In this document: positions 46,645 to 59,446 of the stretch, piece after piece
Layout of the letters: each line of letters begins with the position of its first letter
How positions within the stretch are numbered: the first letter of the stretch is position 1
Assembly (NCBI GenBank): GCA_035539815.1
Contig: DATLHR010000146.1
Coordinates: forward strand, 8,063 to 72,062
Source of the DNA: Kofleriaceae bacterium
GTDB taxonomy: Bacteria > Myxococcota_A > Polyangia > Haliangiales > Haliangiaceae
DNA length: 64,000 bases
Reading direction: 5' to 3'
Notes under the pieces: generated by a model
Database searches by the model: none
Seen by the model: only the letters and a program-made list of their open reading frames with translations
Told to the model about the DNA's origin: nothing
Translations under genes and position numbers: made by a program

Positions 46645-48042
46645 ATGCGACTTGCCCCGCTCCTCCTGCTGCTCGCCGCATGCGGCGACGATGCACCTGC
46701 CGATGCCCCCGAGCTGCAGACGTGTGACGACGTCGAGTACGGAGACGGCACGTGCCAGCTCGAGCTCGCGTGCGGCATCCCGGACCTCGACTGCTTCCAG
46801 GAGTTCCCCGACGACGCCAGCGCGGCCGCCTTGGTCGCGGAGGTCACGTTCTCCTCGCCGCTCCCCGTCGGCGACCCGCTCTTCGTGCGCGCCCGTGCGA
46901 TCGCGGATCGCGTGTGGAGCACCTTCCCCGCGGCGCACGCGATCGACCGGCTCGCCGCCCGGCGTCTCTCCGTCGTCGTCCTCGATGATCCCTCCGAGAA
47001 TGCGTTCGTCATCCCTTCCGCAGATGGCGAGAAGTCGACCCTCGTGGTCACGTTGCTCTCCGGCCTGCTCCAACCCACGTACTCGGACGAGGCGATCGCC
47101 GGCGTCATCGCGCACGAGCTCGGGCACATCGTGAACCTCCACGTGTTCCCGGAGGTCCAGGACGGCTTCGCCACGTACTACATCGCCGCGGAAGGGGAGG
47201 AGCCGATCGGCGACCAGCAGCCGTTCGATGCCCGCTGGCACGAGCTGGGCCGTGCGTACGCCGAGATCTCGGCCGAGGTCGGCGGCGATCACCAGGCCGG
47301 TCTCGGCGACGTTCCGGATGGAGGCGTGATCGGCCTCGCGCACTACCTCTTCCTCAGCGGAGTCGCGGTCGATCTCGGCGCCTGCACGAGCGCCGCCGAC
47401 GCACTGCTCGCAGAGATCGACGGCATCGACAGCTCGCTCGCGCTCGACGACGCTGCCGTGATCTCGGCCGGGCAGGAGAGTGCGCTCGCGATCGCCGACG
47501 GCGCGTTCCGCGGCTGCATGTCGTCGTCGGGGATCACGTACCGCGCCGTCGATGCAGAGCTCGCCGAGTGGGGGTTGGCACCACGCATCCTCTCGACCGA
47601 GACGAACCTGTACGAGCTGGATGCCGCGAGCGCGTTCGCGCGACTCACGAGAGCGCGCCGCGATGACCTCGCCGCGCGCGAAGCTGCCTTCACCGCGGAG
47701 ACCGGGCAGCCATGGACGGCGATGCGCTGGTACAGCCCGGAGGAGCAGGCCGACGACACGGCGGTCCGCTACTCGCGCATCGATCCGCTCGGGATGCCCG
47801 GCAGCGCCGAGGCGCTCGGCAACCTCCTCCACGATCGCGGGCCGGCGTGCGACGCCGCGCGCGCGAGCGGCACCGTGCCGTACGGCGTGAACCTCCACGA
47901 GCCGCACCACGCCACCTGCTGGCGCATCGAGCACGCGTACCGCTACGACGCGATGCTCGATGACCGGCGCCCCCGGCGGCCGTCGCCGCGCGGCCCCGCG
48001 TTCGTACCCACGCGCCGAGCCCCGCTCGTGCCGATCTATTGA
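46645..48042 (+). CDS. lipoprotein, putative HExxH zinc metallopeptidase (M48-like)
   Basis: ATG at 46645 gives MRLAPLLLLLAACGD. HExxH occurs in AIAGVIAHELGHIVNLH. A second His-rich end is LHEPHHATCWRIEH. Confidence 0.6.
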   Translation: MRLAPLLLLLAACGDDAPADAPELQTCDDVEYGDGTCQLELACGIPDLDCFQEFPDDASAAALVAEVTFSSPLPVGDPLFVRARAIADRVWSTFPAAHAIDRLAARRLSVVVLDDPSENAFVIPSADGEKSTLVVTLLSGLLQPTYSDEAIAGVIAHELGHIVNLHVFPEVQDGFATYYIAAEGEEPIGDQQPFDARWHELGRAYAEISAEVGGDHQAGLGDVPDGGVIGLAHYLFLSGVAVDLGACTSAADALLAEIDGIDSSLALDDAAVISAGQESALAIADGAFRGCMSSSGITYRAVDAELAEWGLAPRILSTETNLYELDAASAFARLTRARRDDLAAREAAFTAETGQPWTAMRWYSPEEQADDTAVRYSRIDPLGMPGSAEALGNLLHDRGPACDAARASGTVPYGVNLHEPHHATCWRIEHAYRYDAMLDDRRPRRPSPRGPAFVPTRRAPLVPIY

Positions 48043-48157
48043 CCTCGAGCTCCTACCGGACGGTGACGCGGCCGCCGACCAGCCCGAACGCGGATCGAAC
48101 GCTCAGCTGGTATGCCCGCGGGAGCCGGCTTGCCGCGACGGCCGCGACAACCGCACT

Positions 48158-49435
48158 TCAGCGCCCGATCGTCGCCCGCAGCGTGCCGAACGCCTGCACG
48201 CCCCAGCGCGGAGCGAAATCCAGCGCCGTCACCTCGGGTGCGTAGAACGAGCGCGCGACCTCGACGAGCACCGACGCCTCCAGGTGCTTCGTCAACGTGC
48301 GCGCCGCGGTCAGCGACACGCCACCGGTCACCGCCTTCGCCGTGACGACCTCCATCTCGCCCGGCACGTGGACCTCGGTTCGTGCGAGCGCGCCGTCGAG
48401 GGTCGCGCGCGTCCTGTCCGTCATCACCTCGAGGCCCGCCGTGAGCCGCGAGTCGACCGCGACATAGCCATCGGGCACCGCCTGGGTGTCATGCAGGCCC
48501 TTCAGGTAGCCGCGCACGTGACGACCTCCGGCCTCGAGCTGCGCCATCGCGCGCGGCTTCGTCACCTCGACCTGCCGCTCGTACTCGGTCACGAGCTCGC
48601 CGGCGCCCGCCGAGCTGAGGCCGCCACCCGCGCTGGCGTAGAGCGGCCCGAGCTTCAGGTTCTCGATCCCGAGGATCCACAGATGCACGCCGCCGCCGGA
48701 GCTGTTCTCTCCCAACCCCGACTGCGCGAACGCGCCGCCTGCACGAAACGCATCCACGGTCAGGTTCCTGGGCTCGCCCCACGGCGCCACGTGGTCGCGC
48801 ACGTACCGGAACGTTGCGACGTCGACCGTCTGCAGCTGGGAGACCGCGGAGCTCGCCGACCACAAGAACACCCAGTCCGTCCACACCTCGAACAGCACCA
48901 TGTCGCCCGGTGCGAGCACCGTGTTCGGATCCGCGGGTGGCGGCGGCGGGTCATCGGGATGATGCGCGGTGAGCAACAGCCGGTGCGCGTTCATGCGCAG
49001 CGGCTGCCAGTGAAAGCTCGCCGTCTCACGCCGATTGGTGCCCGCGCGCAGCTTCAGCGGCGCCAGCAGCGAGGGTCTGACATCCCACTCGAGGTGGTGA
49101 CCGAATTCCATCACGTTGATGGGGACGCACACGCTCGCCCACTGCTCCGCGCTCGCCCGCGCGCCGCGATTCCAGCCAAGCCGACCCTGGCCGCCGACGC
49201 GAACGTAGTCGCAGCGCGCGCTCGCCACGCGAACCTCGCCGCCGACGGCGCCGCCCGCCTCGGCAGCGTCGGTGCTGCCGCCGCTCAGCTCCGCGAAGGC
49301 GTGGGCGCGGAGGCCGTGCACGGAGGTATCGCCGAACAGCCCCTTGCCTCGCTCGGACTCGAGCGTCATCGGCTCCTCGGCGAAGGCATCTGCAGCGCAC
49401 GCGGAGACGAGGACGAGGGCGACCCATCGCGGCAT
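48158..49435 (-). CDS. secreted hypothetical protein, beta-rich (possible outer-membrane protein)
   Basis: 425 aa with signal peptide MPRWVALVLVSACAADAFA. The alternating hydrophobic pattern is beta-rich. No family assignment. Confidence 0.45.
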   Translation of the reverse strand: MPRWVALVLVSACAADAFAEEPMTLESERGKGLFGDTSVHGLRAHAFAELSGGSTDAAEAGGAVGGEVRVASARCDYVRVGGQGRLGWNRGARASAEQWASVCVPINVMEFGHHLEWDVRPSLLAPLKLRAGTNRRETASFHWQPLRMNAHRLLLTAHHPDDPPPPPADPNTVLAPGDMVLFEVWTDWVFLWSASSAVSQLQTVDVATFRYVRDHVAPWGEPRNLTVDAFRAGGAFAQSGLGENSSGGGVHLWILGIENLKLGPLYASAGGGLSSAGAGELVTEYERQVEVTKPRAMAQLEAGGRHVRGYLKGLHDTQAVPDGYVAVDSRLTAGLEVMTDRTRATLDGALARTEVHVPGEMEVVTAKAVTGGVSLTAARTLTKHLEASVLVEVARSFYAPEVTALDFAPRWGVQAFGTLRATIGR

Positions 49436-49545
49436 CGCCGCACGCAGAGCAAACGGCGCTCCACGCGAAGATCGGGCAGACCCTGGCAGGACGCGGGATC
49501 GAGCTGTCGAGAACTGCGCAGATCGGGTGCCCCGCGGTGCTGCCG

Positions 49546-49582
49546 AAACGAGAAACGGCGCGCTGCCGAGGCAACGCGCCGT
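49546..49582 (-). terminator. intrinsic terminator downstream of the EF-G paralog
   Basis: On the minus strand: ACGGCGCGTTGCC-TC-GGCAGCGCGCCGT (13-bp stem with one G-U pair) followed by TTCTCGTTT. It starts 19 nt after the TAA stop. Confidence 0.5.
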
Positions 49583-49600
49583 CCCGCAGACCCGAAGCAG

Positions 49601-51781
<2,181 letters not shown>

Positions 51782-51952
51782 GGGGACGTCTCCAGCAGGC
51801 CCGAAGGCCCAGTCAAATGCCGATAAAGGCGCGGGATTGCTACCTTGTCTACGGCGGCAATGCAAGTGCCGACTGGGAGGGAGTGTCCTCGGGCGCGTGC
51901 CGGGACATTTCAACAGCTTGGACGGGCCGGTTTGATACCCTCGAGCTTCCCC

Positions 51953-53812
<1,860 letters not shown>

Positions 53813-53855
53813 TTCCTGCTGACGAGGCCGCGCCCGTATGTCCTACTGCGTTCAG

Positions 53856-55319
53856 ATGAGTCGCCCCGGTGCGCCGCGCCTGCTCGTGCTCGGAGTCGTC
53901 ATGCTGATCGGGAGGAGCGCCGCTGCCGAGCCGGTGTCCACGGCGATCCCGCCCGACGGGCGCGTGATGGTGCCGACGCCTGACTCGGCCTTCGTCACCG
54001 CCCCGCACGCGCCGATCTCCTCGACGTTGTTCCTCAACCGCTGCGCCGGCGGCTGCTCGATCGTCGGCGGCTCGGTCAACGACGCGCGCTCGAACATGTC
54101 GACGATCCCGAACCCGGGGAGGACCTACACGGTCGGCGAGTTCCGGGCGGACGGGCAGGTGGGCGCGGCGGCCGATACGGAGTGGAACGCGGTGGTGCAG
54201 TGCATCCGCGACGTCTACTCGCCGTACCAGGTCACGGTCACCGACACGCGTCCGAGCGCGGGCGCCTACCACATGGCGATCGTCGCGGGGCTGCCCGAGG
54301 AGGTCGGCTGGCCGGCGGCGACACAAGGCGTGGCGCCCGGCTCCTGCAACCCCCAGGACAACGTGATCTCGTTCTCGTTCGCGAACGCGCACCCCGGCAC
54401 GGGGACCGATCGCGTGCTCAACCTGTGCTGGACGGTCGCGCAGGAGTCGGCGCACTCGTTCGGCCTGCCCGACCACGCGTGGGAGTTCGCCGACGGCAGG
54501 TCGGCGTGTAATGACCCGATGACCTATCGCACCGACTGCGGCGGTCAGAAGTTCTTCCGCAACGCCGATGCGTCGTGCGGTGACTTCGCACCGGGGAGCT
54601 GCCGCTGCGGTTCGACGCAGAACTCGCACCGCGAGCTCATCGACGTCTTCGGCCCGGGCACGCCGAGCACCGGCGCTCCGACGTCGGTGATCACGCTGCC
54701 GCTCCCCGACACGCAGCTCGGCGCGGTGGTCGGCGTGCAGGCCGGCAGCCGCCGCGGCATCGCGAAGGTGCAGCTCCGGGTGAACGGCTTCAAGTGGGCC
54801 GAGGTGAAGGGCACCCCGTTCGGCGCCAACGGTCAGGCGAACCCGGGCACCTACGCGATCACCGTGCCCTCCAACCTGCCCGACGGGATCGTCGACCTCG
54901 TCGCGCGCGCGTGCGACGACCTCGGTGCGTGCACGGACTCCGCCGTGGTGACCGCGACCAAGGGCGTGCCGTGCACGTCGGCGGACACGTGCGCCGAGCG
55001 GCAGCACTGCGAGGCCGGCAAGTGCCTGTGGGATCCTGCGGCCGGCGAGCTCGGCGACTCGTGTTCCTTCGATCAGACGTGCCTGAGCGAGATGTGCAGC
55101 CCGACCGTCGAGAACAGGATCTGCACCCAGACCTGCTCGACCGACATGGCATGCCCGAGCGGGTTCGACTGCCTGAAGACGACCGCCGGTGACTTCTGCT
55201 ACCTCCCGGACGGCGGAGGTTGCTGTTCTGCCGGTGACCGTGCTCACCATGGTTACCTGCAAGGCGGCCTGAGCGCCCTCGTGCTCGCCCTCGTGGTGCG
55301 CCGCCGTCGCCGCCGATAA
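53856..55319 (+). CDS. secreted metzincin/snapalysin-like protein, paralog 1 (QESAHSFGLPDH), Ig-like and Cys-rich domains, GGCC...RRRRRR tail
   Basis: ATG at 53856 (the ORF opens at 53838). Signal peptide ...LLVLGVVMLIGRSAAAEP. See findings for motifs. Confidence 0.75.
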   Translation: MSRPGAPRLLVLGVVMLIGRSAAAEPVSTAIPPDGRVMVPTPDSAFVTAPHAPISSTLFLNRCAGGCSIVGGSVNDARSNMSTIPNPGRTYTVGEFRADGQVGAAADTEWNAVVQCIRDVYSPYQVTVTDTRPSAGAYHMAIVAGLPEEVGWPAATQGVAPGSCNPQDNVISFSFANAHPGTGTDRVLNLCWTVAQESAHSFGLPDHAWEFADGRSACNDPMTYRTDCGGQKFFRNADASCGDFAPGSCRCGSTQNSHRELIDVFGPGTPSTGAPTSVITLPLPDTQLGAVVGVQAGSRRGIAKVQLRVNGFKWAEVKGTPFGANGQANPGTYAITVPSNLPDGIVDLVARACDDLGACTDSAVVTATKGVPCTSADTCAERQHCEAGKCLWDPAAGELGDSCSFDQTCLSEMCSPTVENRICTQTCSTDMACPSGFDCLKTTAGDFCYLPDGGGCCSAGDRAHHGYLQGGLSALVLALVVRRRRRR

Positions 55320-55429
55320 GAGGCGCGGCGCCTCGATATCACCGCGCGATCGGAAGTCAGCGCCGCGCGCCCGCAGCGTGACGAATCCTGCTGACGGCTC
55401 CGTCGGACCTGTAGTATTTCGCCGTCTTG

Positions 55430-56959
55430 ATGATCCGTCCTCATGCGCCGTTCTTTGTTGCGGTCGGGGTCGCGGCGGCCCTGACGGGTACCGCTGCGGC
55501 CGAGCCGAGCTCGACGTCGACCTCCAGCGATCCCACGCGCGAAGCGATTCGCGCCGCCATCGCGAACGCGGAAGCCAACGGCCAGAAGACCGTCGGCGTG
55601 TTCCTCCCCGAGGCGCCGTCGGCGCTGCCGCACGCCGCGATCTCCACCGTCATGTACATGAACCGCTGCACCGGCGGTTGCGTGATCAATGGCGGCACCG
55701 CAGACGACTCGCGGACCTTCACGTCGCAGATCCCGAACGCGGGCACTCACCCGATGGGTGAGTTCCAGGAAGGCGGCATGACCGGCGCCGCCGCGGACGA
55801 CGCGTGGAACGAGCTCGTCGCCTGCGTGAAGGAGGTGTACTCGCCGTACGGCGTCCAGGTCACCGACCAGCCGCCGACCGCCGCGGCCTACCACATGGCG
55901 ATCGTCGCGGGCCTGCCCGAGGACATCGGTCTGTCGTCGAACACCGGCGGCGTCGCGATCAGCACCTGCGCCCCGCGCGAGAATGGCATCTCGTTCACGT
56001 TCGCCAACGCCGAGGGCGGCTCGGGCACCAGCCGCATGCTCAAGCTGTGCTGGTACGTGGCGCAGGAGTCCGCGCACAACTTCGGGCTCGCGTATCACGC
56101 GTGGAAGTTCACCGCCGATGGGCGCTCGGCCTGCAACGACCCGATGACGTATCGGGAGGACTGCGGCGGTCAGAAGTTCTTCCGCAACGGCAACGTGAGC
56201 TGCGGTGACTTCTCGGAGAACCAGCCCGCGTGCATGTGCGGCCCGTCGCAGAACTCGCACCTCAAGCTGCTGGCCGTGTTCGGCGAAGGGACGCCGACCT
56301 ACGGCAAGCCCAACGCCGCCGTGACGCTGCCCGTCGAGGGCGGTCAGCTCGGCGCCGTCGTCGGCGTGCAGGCGGGGAGCAAGCGCGGTATCGCGAAGCT
56401 GGAGCTGCTCGTCAACGGCTTCAAGTGGGCCGAGGTGACGGGCGCCCCGTTCGGCCCGAACGGCCAGGCGAACCCGAGCCCGTATACGATCCCCGTGCCC
56501 AGCAACCTGCCGGGCGGCGTCGTCGAGCTCGTCGCGCGCGCGTACGACGACCTCGGCGACTACGCCGACTCGCCGGTCGTGATGGCGACGAAGGGCGCCC
56601 CGTGTGCGTCCGCGGACTCGTGCGCCGCCGGTCAGAAGTGCGAGGCCGGCAAGTGCTTCTGGGATCCGCCGAGCGGCGAGATCGGTGACAGCTGCGGCTT
56701 CGATCAGGCGTGCCTCAGCGGCAAGTGCAGCCCGACCGCCGAGGATCGCATCTGCACGCAGACCTGCGCGCCCGGTGTGATGGGGAGCTGCCCCGAGAAC
56801 TTCGACTGCCTCCAGACGTCGGCGGGTAACTTCTGCTACCTCCCGCCCGAAGAAGGCGGTTGCTGCTCCGTCGGTGGCGGCCCGCAGGCGGTCTACGTGC
56901 ACGGTGCGCTGAGCGCGCTCGTGTTCGGCTTCCTCGTGTTCCGGCGGCGCCGCCGATGA
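55430..56959 (+). CDS. secreted metzincin/snapalysin-like protein, paralog 2 (QESAHNFGLAYH)
   Basis: ATG at 55430 (TTG at 55427 in the ORF track). Signal peptide FFVAVGVAAALTGTAAAEP. Tail EEGGCCSVGGGPQAVYVHGALSALVFGFLVFRRRRR. Confidence 0.75.
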   Translation: MIRPHAPFFVAVGVAAALTGTAAAEPSSTSTSSDPTREAIRAAIANAEANGQKTVGVFLPEAPSALPHAAISTVMYMNRCTGGCVINGGTADDSRTFTSQIPNAGTHPMGEFQEGGMTGAAADDAWNELVACVKEVYSPYGVQVTDQPPTAAAYHMAIVAGLPEDIGLSSNTGGVAISTCAPRENGISFTFANAEGGSGTSRMLKLCWYVAQESAHNFGLAYHAWKFTADGRSACNDPMTYREDCGGQKFFRNGNVSCGDFSENQPACMCGPSQNSHLKLLAVFGEGTPTYGKPNAAVTLPVEGGQLGAVVGVQAGSKRGIAKLELLVNGFKWAEVTGAPFGPNGQANPSPYTIPVPSNLPGGVVELVARAYDDLGDYADSPVVMATKGAPCASADSCAAGQKCEAGKCFWDPPSGEIGDSCGFDQACLSGKCSPTAEDRICTQTCAPGVMGSCPENFDCLQTSAGNFCYLPPEEGGCCSVGGGPQAVYVHGALSALVFGFLVFRRRRR

Positions 56960-58395
56960 AGTGGGCGCTCGTCGGCGTCTCGCTCTTCGGAGCGCTCGCG
57001 GTCGCGCACGCCGACAAGCGCCTCGAGACGCAGGCGGTGCCGCGGAGCGCACTCGCCCCCGCGCAACCGCACGCGACCGGCGCCGGCACGCTGTACCTCA
57101 ATCGCTGCGTCGGCGGCTGCGTGATCCACAAGGCGGGCATCAACGACGCGCGCACGCGCACGTCGTCGATCCCCAAGGGCAACGCGACCGACTACACGGT
57201 CTCGCCGTTCGCGTGGGGCGACGCCGAGTGGGACGCGATCGTGCAGTGCATGAAAGAGGTCTACTCGCCGTACAAGGTGACGGTCACCGACGAGCCTCCG
57301 GCGGCGGGCGTCGCCTACAACGAGGCGATCATCGCGGGCTCCGATGAAGAGCTCGGGGTGTCCGCGGGCGGCATCGCCCCGGTGACCGGCGACTGCATGC
57401 CGTACAACTACGTCATCAGCTTCTCGTTCGCGAATGACTACGGGCCGAACGGCCGCGTGTTCCAGCTGTGCCGCGTCGCAGCGCAGGAGAGCGGCCACGC
57501 GTACGGCCTCGACCACGCGTTCGAGTTCCTCGACGGCTCGTCGGCGTGCCGAGATCCGATGAGCTACCGCCTCGACTGCGGTGGCCAGCGGTTCTTCCGC
57601 AACGAGGCCGCCGTGTGTGGGGAGTACAACGCGCGCGACTGCGCGTGCGGGCCGACGCAGAACTCGCACCTCAAGCTGCTCGGCGCGCTCGGGGCTGCCA
57701 CCCCGATCACGCGGCCGCCCGAGGTGACCGTCACGTCGCCCGCGGACGGCGCGACGATCACCGCGGGCACGCACGTGATCTCGACCGCCTCGGCGCAGCG
57801 CGGGATCAAGACCGTCGAGCTGTGGCTCAACGGATACCTGTGGGGCACGGCCAAGGGAGCTGCGTTCGAGGCGGACGGCCAGCCCGCCGCGGCCTACAGC
57901 ATCCGCATCCCCGACGAGGTTCCGGATGGCGTCATCGACATCGTCGTCAAAGCGAAGGACGACATCGACGTCACGACCACGGCGACCCTCACGGTCACCA
58001 AGGGCGCTCCGTGCGCGTCCGCCGAGAGCTGCCTCGACGGCCAGCGCTGCGAGGAGGGCAAGTGCTTCTGGGATCCACCGTCGGTGGAGCTCGGCGAGCC
58101 GTGCTCGTTCGCGCAGGAGTGCTTGAGCGGCGTGTGCGTCGAGACGTCGGATGGCCAGTTCTGCTCGCAGAACTGCCTGCCCGGCATCGGCGACAGCTGC
58201 CCCGAGGGCCTGACCTGCGTCGAGAACACGCCGACCGCGGGCTTCTGCCTCGCCGGCGACGGCAGCTGCGACGGTGGCTGCTGCGGCTGCGCCATCGTCG
58301 ACGAGCGCGCCACGGGCACGGGCCCGGCCACGGCGCTCACGATGCTGTTTCTCGGCGGGGTCGGCTACGTCGTGTTCCGCCGCCGCCGCCGCTAA
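56956..58395 (+). CDS. secreted metzincin/snapalysin-like protein, paralog 3 (QESGHAYGLDH)
   Basis: ATG at 56956 overlaps the paralog-2 stop (ATGA). Signal peptide MKWALVGVSLFGALAVAHA. Tail CDGGCCGCAIVDE...LFLGGVGYVVFRRRRR. Confidence 0.75.
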   Translation: MKWALVGVSLFGALAVAHADKRLETQAVPRSALAPAQPHATGAGTLYLNRCVGGCVIHKAGINDARTRTSSIPKGNATDYTVSPFAWGDAEWDAIVQCMKEVYSPYKVTVTDEPPAAGVAYNEAIIAGSDEELGVSAGGIAPVTGDCMPYNYVISFSFANDYGPNGRVFQLCRVAAQESGHAYGLDHAFEFLDGSSACRDPMSYRLDCGGQRFFRNEAAVCGEYNARDCACGPTQNSHLKLLGALGAATPITRPPEVTVTSPADGATITAGTHVISTASAQRGIKTVELWLNGYLWGTAKGAAFEADGQPAAAYSIRIPDEVPDGVIDIVVKAKDDIDVTTTATLTVTKGAPCASAESCLDGQRCEEGKCFWDPPSVELGEPCSFAQECLSGVCVETSDGQFCSQNCLPGIGDSCPEGLTCVENTPTAGFCLAGDGSCDGGCCGCAIVDERATGTGPATALTMLFLGGVGYVVFRRRRR

Positions 58396-58401
58396 GACTC
58401 G

Positions 58402-59130
58402 TTACTCTTTCTTCTCTTCCGGCTTCGCCTCGTCCTTGGCCGCGGGCGACGGAGGCGTGGCGGCACCGACCGCGATCTGCGCCGGCCCGATCGAGTCACG
58501 CGCCGTCATCGCGCACTTGCGGATCGACTCGTTGTCCACGTTCGATGCGCCGCCGCGGACCTGCAGGATGCACTTCGTGTCGGCGTCGAAGAACCGGTAC
58601 ACGTAGACGTCATCGACGCCCTGCGCGACGGTCTGCCGGCACGCGTACGTGCCCATCGTCTCGTCGTCGGCGCGCTTCATCTCGGCGCATTTCGCCTTGA
58701 AGCGCTCCGGATCCTCGATCGTCCAGCAGAACGCGCTGACGTTGCACAGCTCGTCGCCGGCCAGCACGCCGAGCCGGCCTTCCTTCTTCAGCTTCGCCGC
58801 CTGCTCGGAGGCCGACAGCGGCTTGCCGCCGCGGTTCAGCGAGCACGACGCGGCCGCTTCCGCTTCATCCTTGCGCTCGGACACGCTCAGCGGCTCGGGC
58901 TCGCCGAGCGCCGTCTGGAACGCGGCCACGTCGATCAGCTGCGCGCACGGGATCTTCGCCTGGCCCGGCACGGGCGGCGAGATCTTCTTGGGCACCTCGC
59001 CCGAGGCAGCCTTCGCCTTGAGCTCGGCCTCGGCTTCCTTCCTGGCTTGCTCGGCGCCTTCGTTGGCGCCCTTGGTACACGCGGGAACGATTGCAGCGAG
59101 ACAGACGACGAGTGAGATCGATGCCCTCAT
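58402..59130 (-). CDS. lipoprotein, Lys/Glu/Ala-rich, hypothetical
   Basis: ATG at 59130 gives MRASISLVVCLAAIVPAC. There are 8 Cys in the mature part. No family call. Confidence 0.55.
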   Translation of the reverse strand: MRASISLVVCLAAIVPACTKGANEGAEQARKEAEAELKAKAASGEVPKKISPPVPGQAKIPCAQLIDVAAFQTALGEPEPLSVSERKDEAEAAASCSLNRGGKPLSASEQAAKLKKEGRLGVLAGDELCNVSAFCWTIEDPERFKAKCAEMKRADDETMGTYACRQTVAQGVDDVYVYRFFDADTKCILQVRGGASNVDNESIRKCAMTARDSIGPAQIAVGAATPPSPAAKDEAKPEEKKE

Positions 59131-59212
59131 GACGGCCCGCAACCTATCACGGGTACGTGACTTCAGAGCGATTCTGGGTACAGTGGCCGCCGCGGGGGCC
59201 GCACCCGCGATT

Positions 59213-59287
59213 GCGCCCATAGCTCAGTTGGATTAGAGCACTGACCTTCTAAGTCAGGGGCCGCAGGTTCGAGCCCTGCTGGGCGCG
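59213..59287 (+). tRNA. tRNA-Arg (anticodon TCT)
   Basis: The cloverleaf was folded by hand: acceptor GCGCCCA/TGGGCGC, D-arm GCTC-AGTTGGATTA-GAGC, anticodon arm CTGAC-CTTCTAA-GTCAG, variable GGGCC, T-arm GCAGG-TTCGAGC-CCTGC, discriminator G. No encoded CCA. Confidence 0.85.
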
Positions 59288-59446
59288 CCCCGATCGACTG
59301 ACGTGCGCCGTTGCCACACGCGCTCTACCGGCGATCACGAGCGAATCGTGATCCGAGCACTCCGTGATGAAAATCTCTGAGAGGGGTTCCTCGCGGTTCT
59401 CGGAGACATGCCTATACTCCGAACACTTTCGACTACGGAGATGGGC

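Noticed and set aside
51782-51952. Lower-GC 170-nt divergent region between the EF-G and kinase genes, inspected for an ncRNA or riboswitch
   Set aside because: I could see no conserved stem-loop architecture or recognisable motif. It is most simply a divergent promoter region, and the uncertain kinase start may shorten it further.
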